NCBI GenBank assembly: GCA_050251015.1
Contig: JBFWNO010000001.1
Coordinates: forward strand, 80,645 to 144,644
Reading direction: 5' to 3'
Length of the DNA stretch: 64,000 nucleotides
DNA from: Planctomycetota bacterium
GTDB taxonomy: Bacteria > Planctomycetota > JBFWNO01
Under the pieces are notes generated by a model, which saw only the letters and a program-made list of their open reading frames with translations, did no database searches and had not been told where the DNA came from. Numbering within the stretch: the stretch's first letter is position 1; the number at the start of each line of letters is the position of its first letter. This document shows, piece after piece, positions 1-9,500 of the stretch. The position numbers and the translations under genes are program-made.

Positions 1-2
1 CC

Positions 3-1628
3 TTCATCCTCCGCTACAGGACCTGGCAACCCTGGGCTTTGATGGCCGGCGGTGGATGTCTGGCCAGTCTTTTCGGAGCCGCCCTTCTCCGGCTTTCAGG
101 GCAGGGTCTCTTGGTGGAACAGATGGTCACCAGCCGCACCCGCGAATTGGTGGCAGCCAGGGCCCAGGCCGAGCGGGCTGCCAGGAGCAAGATGGACTTC
201 CTGGCCAACATGAGCCACGAGGTACGCACGCCCATGAATGCCATCCTCGGGATGTCCGACATGCTGGCCGAGTCCCCGCTCAACGAGGAACAGCGCAACT
301 ACGTGAGCGTGTTCCGCCGTGCCGGCGAAGACCTTTTGGAACTGATCAATGACATCCTGGATATGGCCCGGGTGGAAGGCGGCAGTCTGACCCTCAACCC
401 GCAAAGCTTCAACCTGCGCGAATGCATAGCCTCAGCCATGGCTCTCATGCGCCCGAAGGCCCTCAAGAAGGGCTTGGTCATCACCCACCACGTGGAAGCC
501 GGCGTTCCGGAATGGGTTCTGGGCGACCCCCTGCGGCTCCGCCAAATCCTCCTGAATCTGTTGGGAAACGCCATCAAGTTCACGGAACGCGGGGCGGTCA
601 AGCTCCATGTGGAACCGGAGTCGGGCAGTCCCAGGTTGCATTTCAGCATCCAAGATACAGGTGTAGGGTTCGACCCCCGCGAGGCCTCCAGACTGTTCAC
701 CCGCTTCAGCCAGCTCGATTCCCATTCATCCGACCAGCGCGGCAGCAGCGGTCTGGGCCTGGCCATCTGCAGTCACCTTGTGGACCTGATGCAGGGAAGA
801 ATCTGGGCCGAAAGCGCCAAGCAACTGGGAAGCACCTTTCATTTCACGGCCCTCCTCCCCCTCACCTCCAAACCCCAGGAAACCGAGAAGCCCGAATCCG
901 CGGTCCCCACGGCAACCAGGGAACTGGGCAGGTCCCTGAGAATCCTGGTGGCTGAGGATAATGAGGACAACCGCCTGTTGGTCCAGGCTCTCCTCAAGGG
1001 TTTCCCCGTGGATCTGACCTTCGCCTTTGACGGACTCAAGGCTGTGGAGGCTGCCCAGACCTCCTTCTTCGACATGATCTTCATGGACATCCAGATGCCC
1101 GTTCTCGACGGCCTTTCGGCAACTCGCCGCCTGCGTTCGATCGAAGCGGAATCAAAAAAGGCCAGGATCCCCATCGTGGCGCTCACCGCCCACGCCATGG
1201 AAACCAGCCTGAACGATTCCATTGCCGCGGGATGCGATGCGCACCTGACGAAGCCCGTGTCGCGCGAGCAGATCTTGGCCTCCATTCTTCAGCACACCGG
1301 CGTGGCTCTCCAGCGATTTGAATCCTCGCCTGCGCCCATGGCGCGACCAGAAGTCGAGGGGATTGCCGATCTTGTGCCCACCTTCCTGGGAAACCGCCGC
1401 AAGGAGATTCCGGTGCTCAGGGATCACCTGGCGGCCCGCCGCCTCCCCGACATCGCCAAGATAGCCCACAACCTCAAGGGATTGGGTGCGGGTTACGGGT
1501 TCCCCTCCATCAGCGACCTCGGCAGGCGGCTGGAGACCGCCGCCAAGGCGGACGACCCGGCGGCCTGTGGCAAGTTTGTCGAGGAGCTGGCCGCCTACCT
1601 CGACACGATCAGCCCAGTATCCTCTTGA
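3..1628 (+). CDS. hybrid sensor histidine kinase/response regulator with C-terminal HPt domain (probably 5'-partial)
   Basis: H-box FLANMSHEVRTPMNAI; ATPase boxes LLNLLGNAIKFT, DTGVGF, GSSGLGLAI; receiver domain ILVAEDNEDN...FMDIQMPVLDG...TKP; HPt-like HNLKGLGAGYGF. The frame is open from nt 3 up to the TTG/ATG at 39/42. Confidence 0.9.
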   Translation, partial: FILRYRTWQPWALMAGGGCLASLFGAALLRLSGQGLLVEQMVTSRTRELVAARAQAERAARSKMDFLANMSHEVRTPMNAILGMSDMLAESPLNEEQRNYVSVFRRAGEDLLELINDILDMARVEGGSLTLNPQSFNLRECIASAMALMRPKALKKGLVITHHVEAGVPEWVLGDPLRLRQILLNLLGNAIKFTERGAVKLHVEPESGSPRLHFSIQDTGVGFDPREASRLFTRFSQLDSHSSDQRGSSGLGLAICSHLVDLMQGRIWAESAKQLGSTFHFTALLPLTSKPQETEKPESAVPTATRELGRSLRILVAEDNEDNRLLVQALLKGFPVDLTFAFDGLKAVEAAQTSFFDMIFMDIQMPVLDGLSATRRLRSIEAESKKARIPIVALTAHAMETSLNDSIAAGCDAHLTKPVSREQILASILQHTGVALQRFESSPAPMARPEVEGIADLVPTFLGNRRKEIPVLRDHLAARRLPDIAKIAHNLKGLGAGYGFPSISDLGRRLETAAKADDPAACGKFVEELAAYLDTISPVSS

Positions 1629-1977
1629 TCTCCATCAGGAGCTTGTCGAACTCGAGGGGTTTGAGCAGGTAATTGTCGCAACCTTTCGAGTATCCCGTGA
1701 GCATGTCCCAATCCTCGCTGCGGGCCGTGAGAAAGAGGATGGGGGTGGAGGCATGGTCACGGGTTTCGCGGATCTTCTGGCAGGTCTCGAAACCATCCAT
1801 CACCGGCATCATCACGTCGAGGATCACAAGATCGGGCTTGGTGCCCTTCTCCAGTTTTTCCAGGGCATCGGCTCCGTGGATAGCCTCCTCCACCTCAAAT
1901 CCCGCCTTCCGGAGCCTGAGGGCCACGATACCCCTAAGGTCATTTTCATCATCCACCAACAAGATGCGCTGGGCCAT
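1609..1977 (-). CDS. single-domain response regulator (CheY-like receiver)
   Basis: 122 aa; LLVDDENDL...DLVILDVMMPVMDG...FLTA...LLKP. AAGGAG lies upstream of the ATG. The 3' end overlaps the kinase 3' end by 20 nt (convergent). Confidence 0.9.
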   Translation of the reverse strand: MAQRILLVDDENDLRGIVALRLRKAGFEVEEAIHGADALEKLEKGTKPDLVILDVMMPVMDGFETCQKIRETRDHASTPILFLTARSEDWDMLTGYSKGCDNYLLKPLEFDKLLMEIKRILG

Positions 1978-1988
1978 CGGGTTCTCCT

Positions 1989-2399
1989 TCAGATTGTCTG
2001 CCCCGGGGGCTCGTCGCGGGGCACTTCCACCCAGTTGCCGCGCTTTGCCCTCAGGATAATGTTTGAGTACAGGTCCTCATTGACCTTGAAGATTTCCACA
2101 CCCATGCCTTCCTGCCCGGCCTCGTGGGAAATCCAGGTGACCCTCGCCAGGGCCTTGACCTCGCGGTTTTGGGCCTCGAAGGCGAAGATGATTTCCAGGA
2201 CGGTTTCGGGGGGCAGGAGATCGTGCGTGTTGATGAACACGCCCATCTCGGAGACGTTGCTGGCCTTAGCCGTGTAGGTGCTGAAGGATTTCTGTTCCTT
2301 CTGGGCCCCTGAAAGATCGAGCTTGCGGAAGCGGATCCCCACGTTGCCGGGAAACCGCTTGAAGCGCCTCTTCTCGTTGTCGAACACGCTGTCAGTCAT
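1989..2399 (-). CDS. PilZ domain protein (c-di-GMP receptor type)
   Basis: 136 aa; carries RRFKR (RxxxR) and NVSEMG ((D/N)xSxxG) motifs. Lies 8 nt downstream of the birA stop. Confidence 0.8.
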   Translation of the reverse strand: MTDSVFDNEKRRFKRFPGNVGIRFRKLDLSGAQKEQKSFSTYTAKASNVSEMGVFINTHDLLPPETVLEIIFAFEAQNREVKALARVTWISHEAGQEGMGVEIFKVNEDLYSNIILRAKRGNWVEVPRDEPPGQTI

Positions 2400-2407
2400 G
2401 GATGGCC

Positions 2408-3124
2408 CTATTGTAATGAAGGCCAGTGCTCGCGGAGCTGGCTGGCCCTCAGGATGGCCCGACCCGCCGCACTGGTGAGCGACACTTCGTCGCTTCTCAG
2501 GGAGACCCCCGTGATCCTGCCCCTAAACGCCGCGGAACCTTCGGAGAGGTCTGTCTCGCGGCCATGCCACAGCTCGATCCACCGGGCTTCAAGGCGCCCT
2601 TCATCCCAGATAGAGATCGTGGCAAGTCGGCTCACAATGGACTCGGCCCAACCCATGAGATCGGCTTCGGTCGATGCCAAGGACAGGTGTCCAGACCCGG
2701 CGGGCCACGGTGCGTTTCCGATGTTCAACCCCAATCCCAGCACCACCCCCCCGTCCACAACCTCGCCAAGGATGCCGCCCAGCTTGAGGCCATCACGCTC
2801 GATGTCATTGGGCCACTTCAACGAAGCAGCCAATCCCCGATTCCGGATCTCCTCGACCACGGCCACACCCATGGCCAGAGACCAGCCCAGCACCCGCTTG
2901 CACATCGGTACCTTCACGCTCATATACAGGCCGCCGACAGGAGAGATCCATGTGTGATCGGAGCGTCCCCTTCCCCCCGTCTGGCTCAGGGCCATGATCC
3001 ATTCACCCGTGAAGGAGGGTCTTTCCTTGAGCCAGTCACTGGTGCTGGAAAGCTGGGCGAACACCCTGCCAGGAAGAGGGTCCCAGGGGGGACTCAGGGG
3101 TTCCTTGGTGTACACTTGGCCCAT
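2408..3124 (-). CDS. birA: biotin--[acetyl-CoA-carboxylase] ligase, group I (no HTH domain)
   Basis: GRGRSDHTWISPVGGLYMS and KWPNDI motifs. GAGGG lies 7 nt upstream of ATG 3124. Alternative starts are at 3151 (ATG) and 3175 (TTG). Confidence 0.85.
   Translation of the reverse strand: MGQVYTKEPLSPPWDPLPGRVFAQLSSTSDWLKERPSFTGEWIMALSQTGGRGRSDHTWISPVGGLYMSVKVPMCKRVLGWSLAMGVAVVEEIRNRGLAASLKWPNDIERDGLKLGGILGEVVDGGVVLGLGLNIGNAPWPAGSGHLSLASTEADLMGWAESIVSRLATISIWDEGRLEARWIELWHGRETDLSEGSAAFRGRITGVSLRSDEVSLTSAAGRAILRASQLREHWPSLQ
3111..3116 (+). promoter_or_regulatory. candidate -10 box (TACACT) for a leaderless transcript of the 3123 gene
   Basis: The hexamer lies exactly 6 nt upstream of ATG 3123 and there is no Shine-Dalgarno sequence. 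The same geometry recurs at 12303, 17108, 17175, 30608, 30631, 55250, 63679 and 63719. Confidence 0.4.
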
Positions 3125-3587
3125 GAAAACGCCCTCACTGTTCGGAGCCATTGCCCTGAGGCTCAACCTGGTCAACGAGCTTCAGCTCAACCAGGCCCTC
3201 GAGGACCAGACTCGCCGGCGATCAGCCGGAAAGCCCGGGCTCCTGGGGGAGATTTTACGTGAACGGCACGCCCTCACCGAGGAAGGACTCAGGAAGGTGC
3301 TCGAGGTGCAGAAATCGGTTGAGCTGGCGCTCGAGGATACTCTTTTCGGCGAACTAGCCATCAGCCACGGCTTCATCACGGCCGCCCAGCTCGACAAGAG
3401 CCTGGCGCGCCAACGGGAAGACGGCTTCAGGCAGAGGATTGGCTCCCTTCTGGTGGCAGCGGGCTCCCTGGAACCCGGTCGACGCGATGCCATCCTCGCG
3501 GCCCAGTCGCGCCTCCGGGACAAGCTCGCCGCCTCCACCGGCATCCTCCCCAAGCCGGTGTTGCCGACCAAGCGCCTCCGCCGTTAG
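3123..3587 (+). CDS. stand-alone protein made of four T2SSE_N/MshEN-type 24-residue repeats (putative c-di-GMP binding)
   Basis: 154 aa. Repeats are LFGAIALRLNLVNELQLNQALEDQ, LLGEILRERHALTEEGLRKVLEVQ, LFGELAISHGFITAAQLDKSLARQ and RIGSLLVAAGSLEPGRRDAILAAQ. No ATPase domain is present. Confidence 0.65.
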   Translation: MKTPSLFGAIALRLNLVNELQLNQALEDQTRRRSAGKPGLLGEILRERHALTEEGLRKVLEVQKSVELALEDTLFGELAISHGFITAAQLDKSLARQREDGFRQRIGSLLVAAGSLEPGRRDAILAAQSRLRDKLAASTGILPKPVLPTKRLRR

Positions 3588-6500
3588 CGGGCCGGCGGAG
3601 CAGCCTCCAGCACGATGGCGCCCTTGGCCCCGGCCTCGACGAGGATGGCGAAGCGTTCGATCTCGCCCTGGGACTCGGTGCTCACCGAGGCGTAATCGAA
3701 GCGGCCGCGGATGTCGGTGTTGCCGTCTTTGTGGAAGACCACGCGGCCATCCTTCAGGCGGGCGTAGACCTTCACATAGGCGGCCGGCACCAGCTTGCCG
3801 TCGGCCAGCGTCTGCACCCGCAGGTGCCCGGCCCTGTCCATCACCTGCACATTGAGATCGTGGCGGCTGAACATGGCACTGGAGGAAAGGCCTCCCGACA
3901 CCGCTTCCACCATCAACGGACGGTTGCGCAAGGCTTCCGGGACTTCCACTTCGCGCCGTCCGTCCGTGAGCTCAGTCTCCACCACATGGCGTGCGGCCAC
4001 ATGGGAGAAGCAACCCGAGGCTGCCCGCACAAAGGGATTGATGGAGAACATCTGCTCCAGATCCACCTCATGGAAGCTCAAGCGGCACTTCTCAAGGGAC
4101 TTCGAGGTGAGAACAAGCTTGCCTTCCTCGCTGGTCAGCGCCAGAAGGGGCTGACTGTTCCCCAGGGCCTCGTTACCACTTCCCTCCACGATCTGACCAC
4201 TCGCTTCGTCCAGGTGGCGGAGAGCCTCGACAAAACGCGTCCTCCAAAGCTCCACCGGATAGTCCTTGTAGCCCTCCGCAATCTCGCGGGCCTTCCCAAA
4301 TTCGCCACCATAGATCGATGCGCACACAGACATGTAGTCGTGCTGCAGCCCCATGCCATCACTGCGGGGGATCTTGGCAAAAAACGCTAGGGCCTCCTCG
4401 ATCCTGTCCTGGAGGAAGAGGAAATAGACCAACGTCATGGAGTCCGCTGCCGTGGGGACCTGGCGATGGGCCAGGGCCTCCAGGAAACTGCGGTACTGGG
4501 TCATGATGGCGGCATTGGTGATCTTGCGGACAGCCCCGAACCGGTAGGTCCTGGCGTTCACCAGGGGATCAAACTCGGTGTGCACCCTGAATCTCCGCTC
4601 CAGGGGGTCCACACTCAAAAGTTCGCATTCAAACAGGGGGCCCACTGCCGAGGCCATCGTGGAGTTTTCCAGGTAGGTCTTCATCCTCTTCCTGTCATCA
4701 TGCTTGAAGGCGTAAGCCCACAACGGCGCTGTGTAGACCATGCGCTTCTCCAGGGCCTCGATGATGTCCTCGTAATCGCCCTGATCCCCAAGCCGGAAGG
4801 CGATCCGATCAAGGTTGATCTCCATCAGGTTGTGATCGTTGATGAAATCCACCACGTCACCTGTCGACCCTTCCTGGGAAACATAGTCCCAGCTGTTCTT
4901 GTCGGCCTCAGCGGCTTCGGAGCGGACCTTCAGCTCCATGCCGTTGGTAGAAGCCGAATACTCCGAGCGGCAGGAGACCTGAGCTCCGCCCTGCGCGAAC
5001 GATCCTGCTTCGGGAAAGTAGAAGTGCAGATCCACGGCAACCGTGGCGTGGGCTTCCAGTACCAGGGTCCGGCGTAGGGTGGGGCGGCAACCACTGACAG
5101 GCAGTGATCCACGAGGGATTTGGGCTAAGACACCAAGGGTCAGCCTTCGGCTTGAGGGGTTGGTGATCACCACCTCGCAACCGTAGACCTTGCCCGCCTG
5201 GAGGTCGCCCTGGACAAAGTTGTCGACTTGCTCACCGTTTTCGCGGCGATAACGCTCCATGGCCGGATAGATGTTCTGGCCCACAAGCACCTGCGGGCCC
5301 TTGGAATCGCCATCCGCCGGACGATTTTCCTCAACGAGGGCCACCAGGGGTGAACCGGCCTTCAATGTGTAGCGCCGACCTTCACCAGCCTCCTCATGCT
5401 TCTCGGCCTTCTCAGGGAGTCCAAGCACGGAAAGAGCCAGCATCATCTCCGTGAAGTTGCCGGCTGCCTTGTCGAGGTGCGACGACAGGAAAGGAATTCC
5501 TGCAGGGCTCGCGGCATAGTCCAGCCAGAAGTCGTCGACACCGACCAAATCGGCTCCTTGTTGGTCGGGACGGAGATGATGGTAGTTGTTTTCAATCCAG
5601 GCCTTCGTAGGTTTGAGAGCCAGATAGACAGCCGCCCTAGCCCTGGAACTCTCGTATGCCTCATTGTCGTCCTTGGTGTCCATCGATGAAACATTGTCGA
5701 AATCAGCCATGGACGCGCTGTCTCCGTTTTCCGCCTCATTGGCCGGGTTGGGAGCCGGTGCCGCTTCCTCAAGGCTTCTCATGGCTTTCATTTCCTCACG
5801 GCCCATCCACTGGTTGGCATGGCTCTTGGCTTTCTTGAAGGCCGACACCTGTCCCGGGGCACCGGGATCCCCGGCAAGTTCCGAGGCGAAACCCTTTTCG
5901 AAAAAGGCGTCAAGGGTTTCGGTTTCCGGAGGCATCAGATCCAGGGTGTCACGGAGGAGTTTTGTGATCTCGTTCCGGCCAAGTTTCCTGGCCAGAAGGA
6001 TCTTTTCGACCGCATTGAGGCGCGAGAACTCGAAAGGCTCGAGATACCTCGCCAGGTCTTCGCCCAAAAGCCAGCGGTCCATGAAGGTCCTGTCCTTCTT
6101 GCACGTCAGGAAAGGCTTGACGACTCCGTTGAAGAATTCCGGATCTTTTTCATGGATGAAGAAATTGAGTTCATGGCAGGCATGCTTGGAGTAGAGGTCC
6201 TTCTTGGATGTGGCATCTAGGCCATTCCATTGGGTGATGAAGCGGAATTCACCGAGCATCGCGTTCCCTGAAAGGGACATGAAAAGGCTGTGCACGCTTT
6301 CCAGGGAGTCATACATCCTGAAGTCCGATGACGTCACATCGGCGATTTCCAGATTGTCCCCTCCTTTGAGGGTGCGGAGTTCCCTCACCCCCACGACCTT
6401 GGCGCCCGGCTCAAGGGCCACAGCCAGTCGCCTATCGCGAAGAGCGATGGATGTGGCCGGCAACCTTGCCGACCTGTATTGAGTGCCTTCCCTTGAGCAG

Positions 6501-9500
6501 GCCGCCACCTGCACATGGGTCCTTTGGCCGAAATCCTTCAGCGGGATCCTGATTTCTCCCGACTCGTTGGGACGGAGGTTGGCGAGAACTAAAGCGGGTT
6601 GGGCGAGAAAATTGTAATTGGGTGCCGAAACCAAACCCATGTCGTCGCCTCTTCCACCACCACCCGATCTTCTTTCCAAACTTTGTCTTCCACCACGGCG
6701 ATTGCCGCCGTAGGCCCCGGCACCGGCTCCTTCCTGGGCAAAGGTCTGGGTGTCGACAAGTTCCATGGGGACAAGCAAGAGGCTGGGTCGGGGGATCATC
6801 AAGCCGGGATAACGGGTCACGGACTGCCGATCAAGAATGTAGCGAACCTCATCGCCAAGGGGAACATTGGGGCTGAACTCGTTTCCGACAAGATCCTCGA
6901 CAACCCCCGAAGGGGCAGTGAACCCCGACCGCAGGTTGGAGAAGACAGTGGAAGGCGTTGCAAATGTCGAAGCAATGATGTGCACTCGACTGTCATCCGA
7001 GGCATGAGTCAACCTGACAACCAAGTCATCCCCATCCGGTGACACCGAGGCCAGTCCCAAGGGATGGGCCTGTGAAAGACCCAGGGTGCGTCGCTGGCCT
7101 ACAACGGCCTGGCCCACTTGGGCCCCCTTCTCAACGCGCACAATGAGCTGACCTCTCCTTGAGACAAGGTGATAGTCGCCCGCCGCGAGATTCTTGAGGG
7201 TCAGGATCCCATCCTGCAATGACAGATTTTCCGTCAGATTCTCGTGGTGCAGATTGGAGCGCAAAGAGAAGAGGGCTAGGGATTCGTCGGCAATCGTGCC
7301 GGCAGCCCAAGGCAGTTCCACATCGCCCTCGACACCGTGGATCGACGGTGGCAGTTCCGTGGCCCCTGACTCCCAGAGTGTGAAGGAATGGTCCCCCGAA
7401 AACCTGTCGGACCCCACAACCAGACTGCGAACCCCGGGAAGACCGCCCAGGTTCACGGCCCCAGTGGCATCTGTTTGCAGATGGACATCCTGGGTGTATG
7501 CCAGACCCTTCACCTGAACCTGCAAACGCAGGGTGCGGTGGGCAATGGGCTCGCCATTTTTGCCTGTCACCAGGATCTTGGCCCCCTCGCGGGTCAAGCG
7601 AAGGTGGGGAGCTTCCACACTGAGCGTGGCATCAATGTCATTGAAGGTGCTCATGTGGGAGCTTGAGACGTTCACGGGAACATCATCAAGAAGACGTTCC
7701 ACCTTTCCCGACAGGGTGACCTCCATGGTGCGGAGACCCAAAGGAACCTTGATCCTGTGCACAAGCTCCCCTGCGGTGCTGAGCACCAAGTCTCGGGCAA
7801 CACTGGTCACTGTTGTGCCGTCGATCAGGCCCATATTGATCGTGAGCTCAGGGCTTTTCAAGGCTGCCAGGGAGTGGCGCCTCTGGCCCGCCCAAAGGTT
7901 GGGGCGCACCAGAATCTCACCCTCGCGGCCTTCCAGGAAGCTTTCGCGCTCGACTTCAACACCCAGGTCCAAACGGAAATTCTCTTGCCGGCGCTCCAGG
8001 GTTGTGAGGGCGGCAAAGCCCCCCTCAAAAAGGATCAGAGGCTCCTGCTTGCCCACGGGGGCGAAAGGAATCAGGATATCCCCTTTGTCGTCGGGCAGGT
8101 ATTCCTTGCCCCCCACATGGGCCCGCGCCGACTTCAGCAGGACACCCTCCTCATCGACCACGCGCAGGATCTGTCCCGCCGTTGAATCGCCTTCCACACA
8201 GCGAAGCCTTCCTTTTTGCACCAGGACCCGGCTCTTGATGCCCGAACCGATGAATTCGACGATCCACACGCCGCGATTTTTCATTTCCGGGAACTCGAAG
8301 GTCCTCAGTTCCTGAATGTAAGGTCCTTCGGTGCCCTTCTCTGTGCGGGCTGAAGGACTGACGAGCCCGTCAAGGTTGATGGAGGTGTCGATCTCCTGGC
8401 CCGTGTCCTTGTAGTAACCCAGGGTATTGATTTCGTAGACCCTCACCAGAAGGCGGTCGACATTCTTGAGCAACACCTTTAAGGAGGGTGTTTCGGAGGG
8501 CGCGAACCTCAGAGGGTTTTCGCGCGAAAAATGGATCGACACGGAATTCTTCAGCGCCTCCATGGCGCCTGGCGTAAGCCAATCCGACCATGACGAGGGT
8601 TCGTCACCGGCCAGGATCCGTCCCTCGGCCACGCAGGCCCTCACGAAATCCTCGGTCAGATAGCGGGCATAGGAGCCGACCTTGTCACGTGAATCGGCCA
8701 GGCGGTGGAGCATTTCACGGATCAAGGTTGCCTCACCGAGACCGGGTTGAGGTACGCAAGACTCCCCTGAATACCTGTTGGAACGGACCCCTTCGGCCTG
8801 TCTCTTGGCGAATTCACTCAAGTGAGGCCTGTAACGAGGCAGGTTGAGATATTCGACAAATAGTTCCTGGTCGGCTTTTCCCTCGGCCAAATCCAGGAGC
8901 AGGATATTCATGAGGATGCGGGCCTTGAGCTCGGAAAAGGCCGGGCCTAGTTGTGCGGAAAACTCGCGTAAGCGGCTCAAGTGCTGGCGTTGGGTGGATG
9001 GTTCAAGGGGGTCCTCAGATTCCGTCGGCGACAACCGGCGAACGACCGCCTCGACATAGCCTTCATAGCCCATCAACGCGGGATGCCGCTGGGCCAGATC
9101 CCGCAATTGGGTCAGGGTCAATTCATTGTGAACGGGTCTGGCTCCAAAGGTGACGCCTCCCTGAGGATCACTGAGGTCGACCACAATGAGGTCGAGAAGC
9201 CCATCGACATCGGGGCGCTTGAGCCGCTGGAGAAGGTTGATCCTCTGCTCTCTGGTGAGGTTCCTCTTCACCAACGCCGGCAACATCTCATCGGAGAAGG
9301 ACGCCAGACTCAGGCGATCGCTGCTGAGCTGCCTTTCCGTGATGCGCTCCACGTCGAGGATGTCATGGGGCAGGGTGTTGGGATATTGGTTGGGGCGTGT
9401 GGACTGTTCCTTTTGGTGGTTGAATCTCAAGCCAAGCCGCTCCGTCAGAAAGCGGAGCGCGGTTTCCTTGTTGTCGCCATAAGTCCCCAGCACCTGACGG

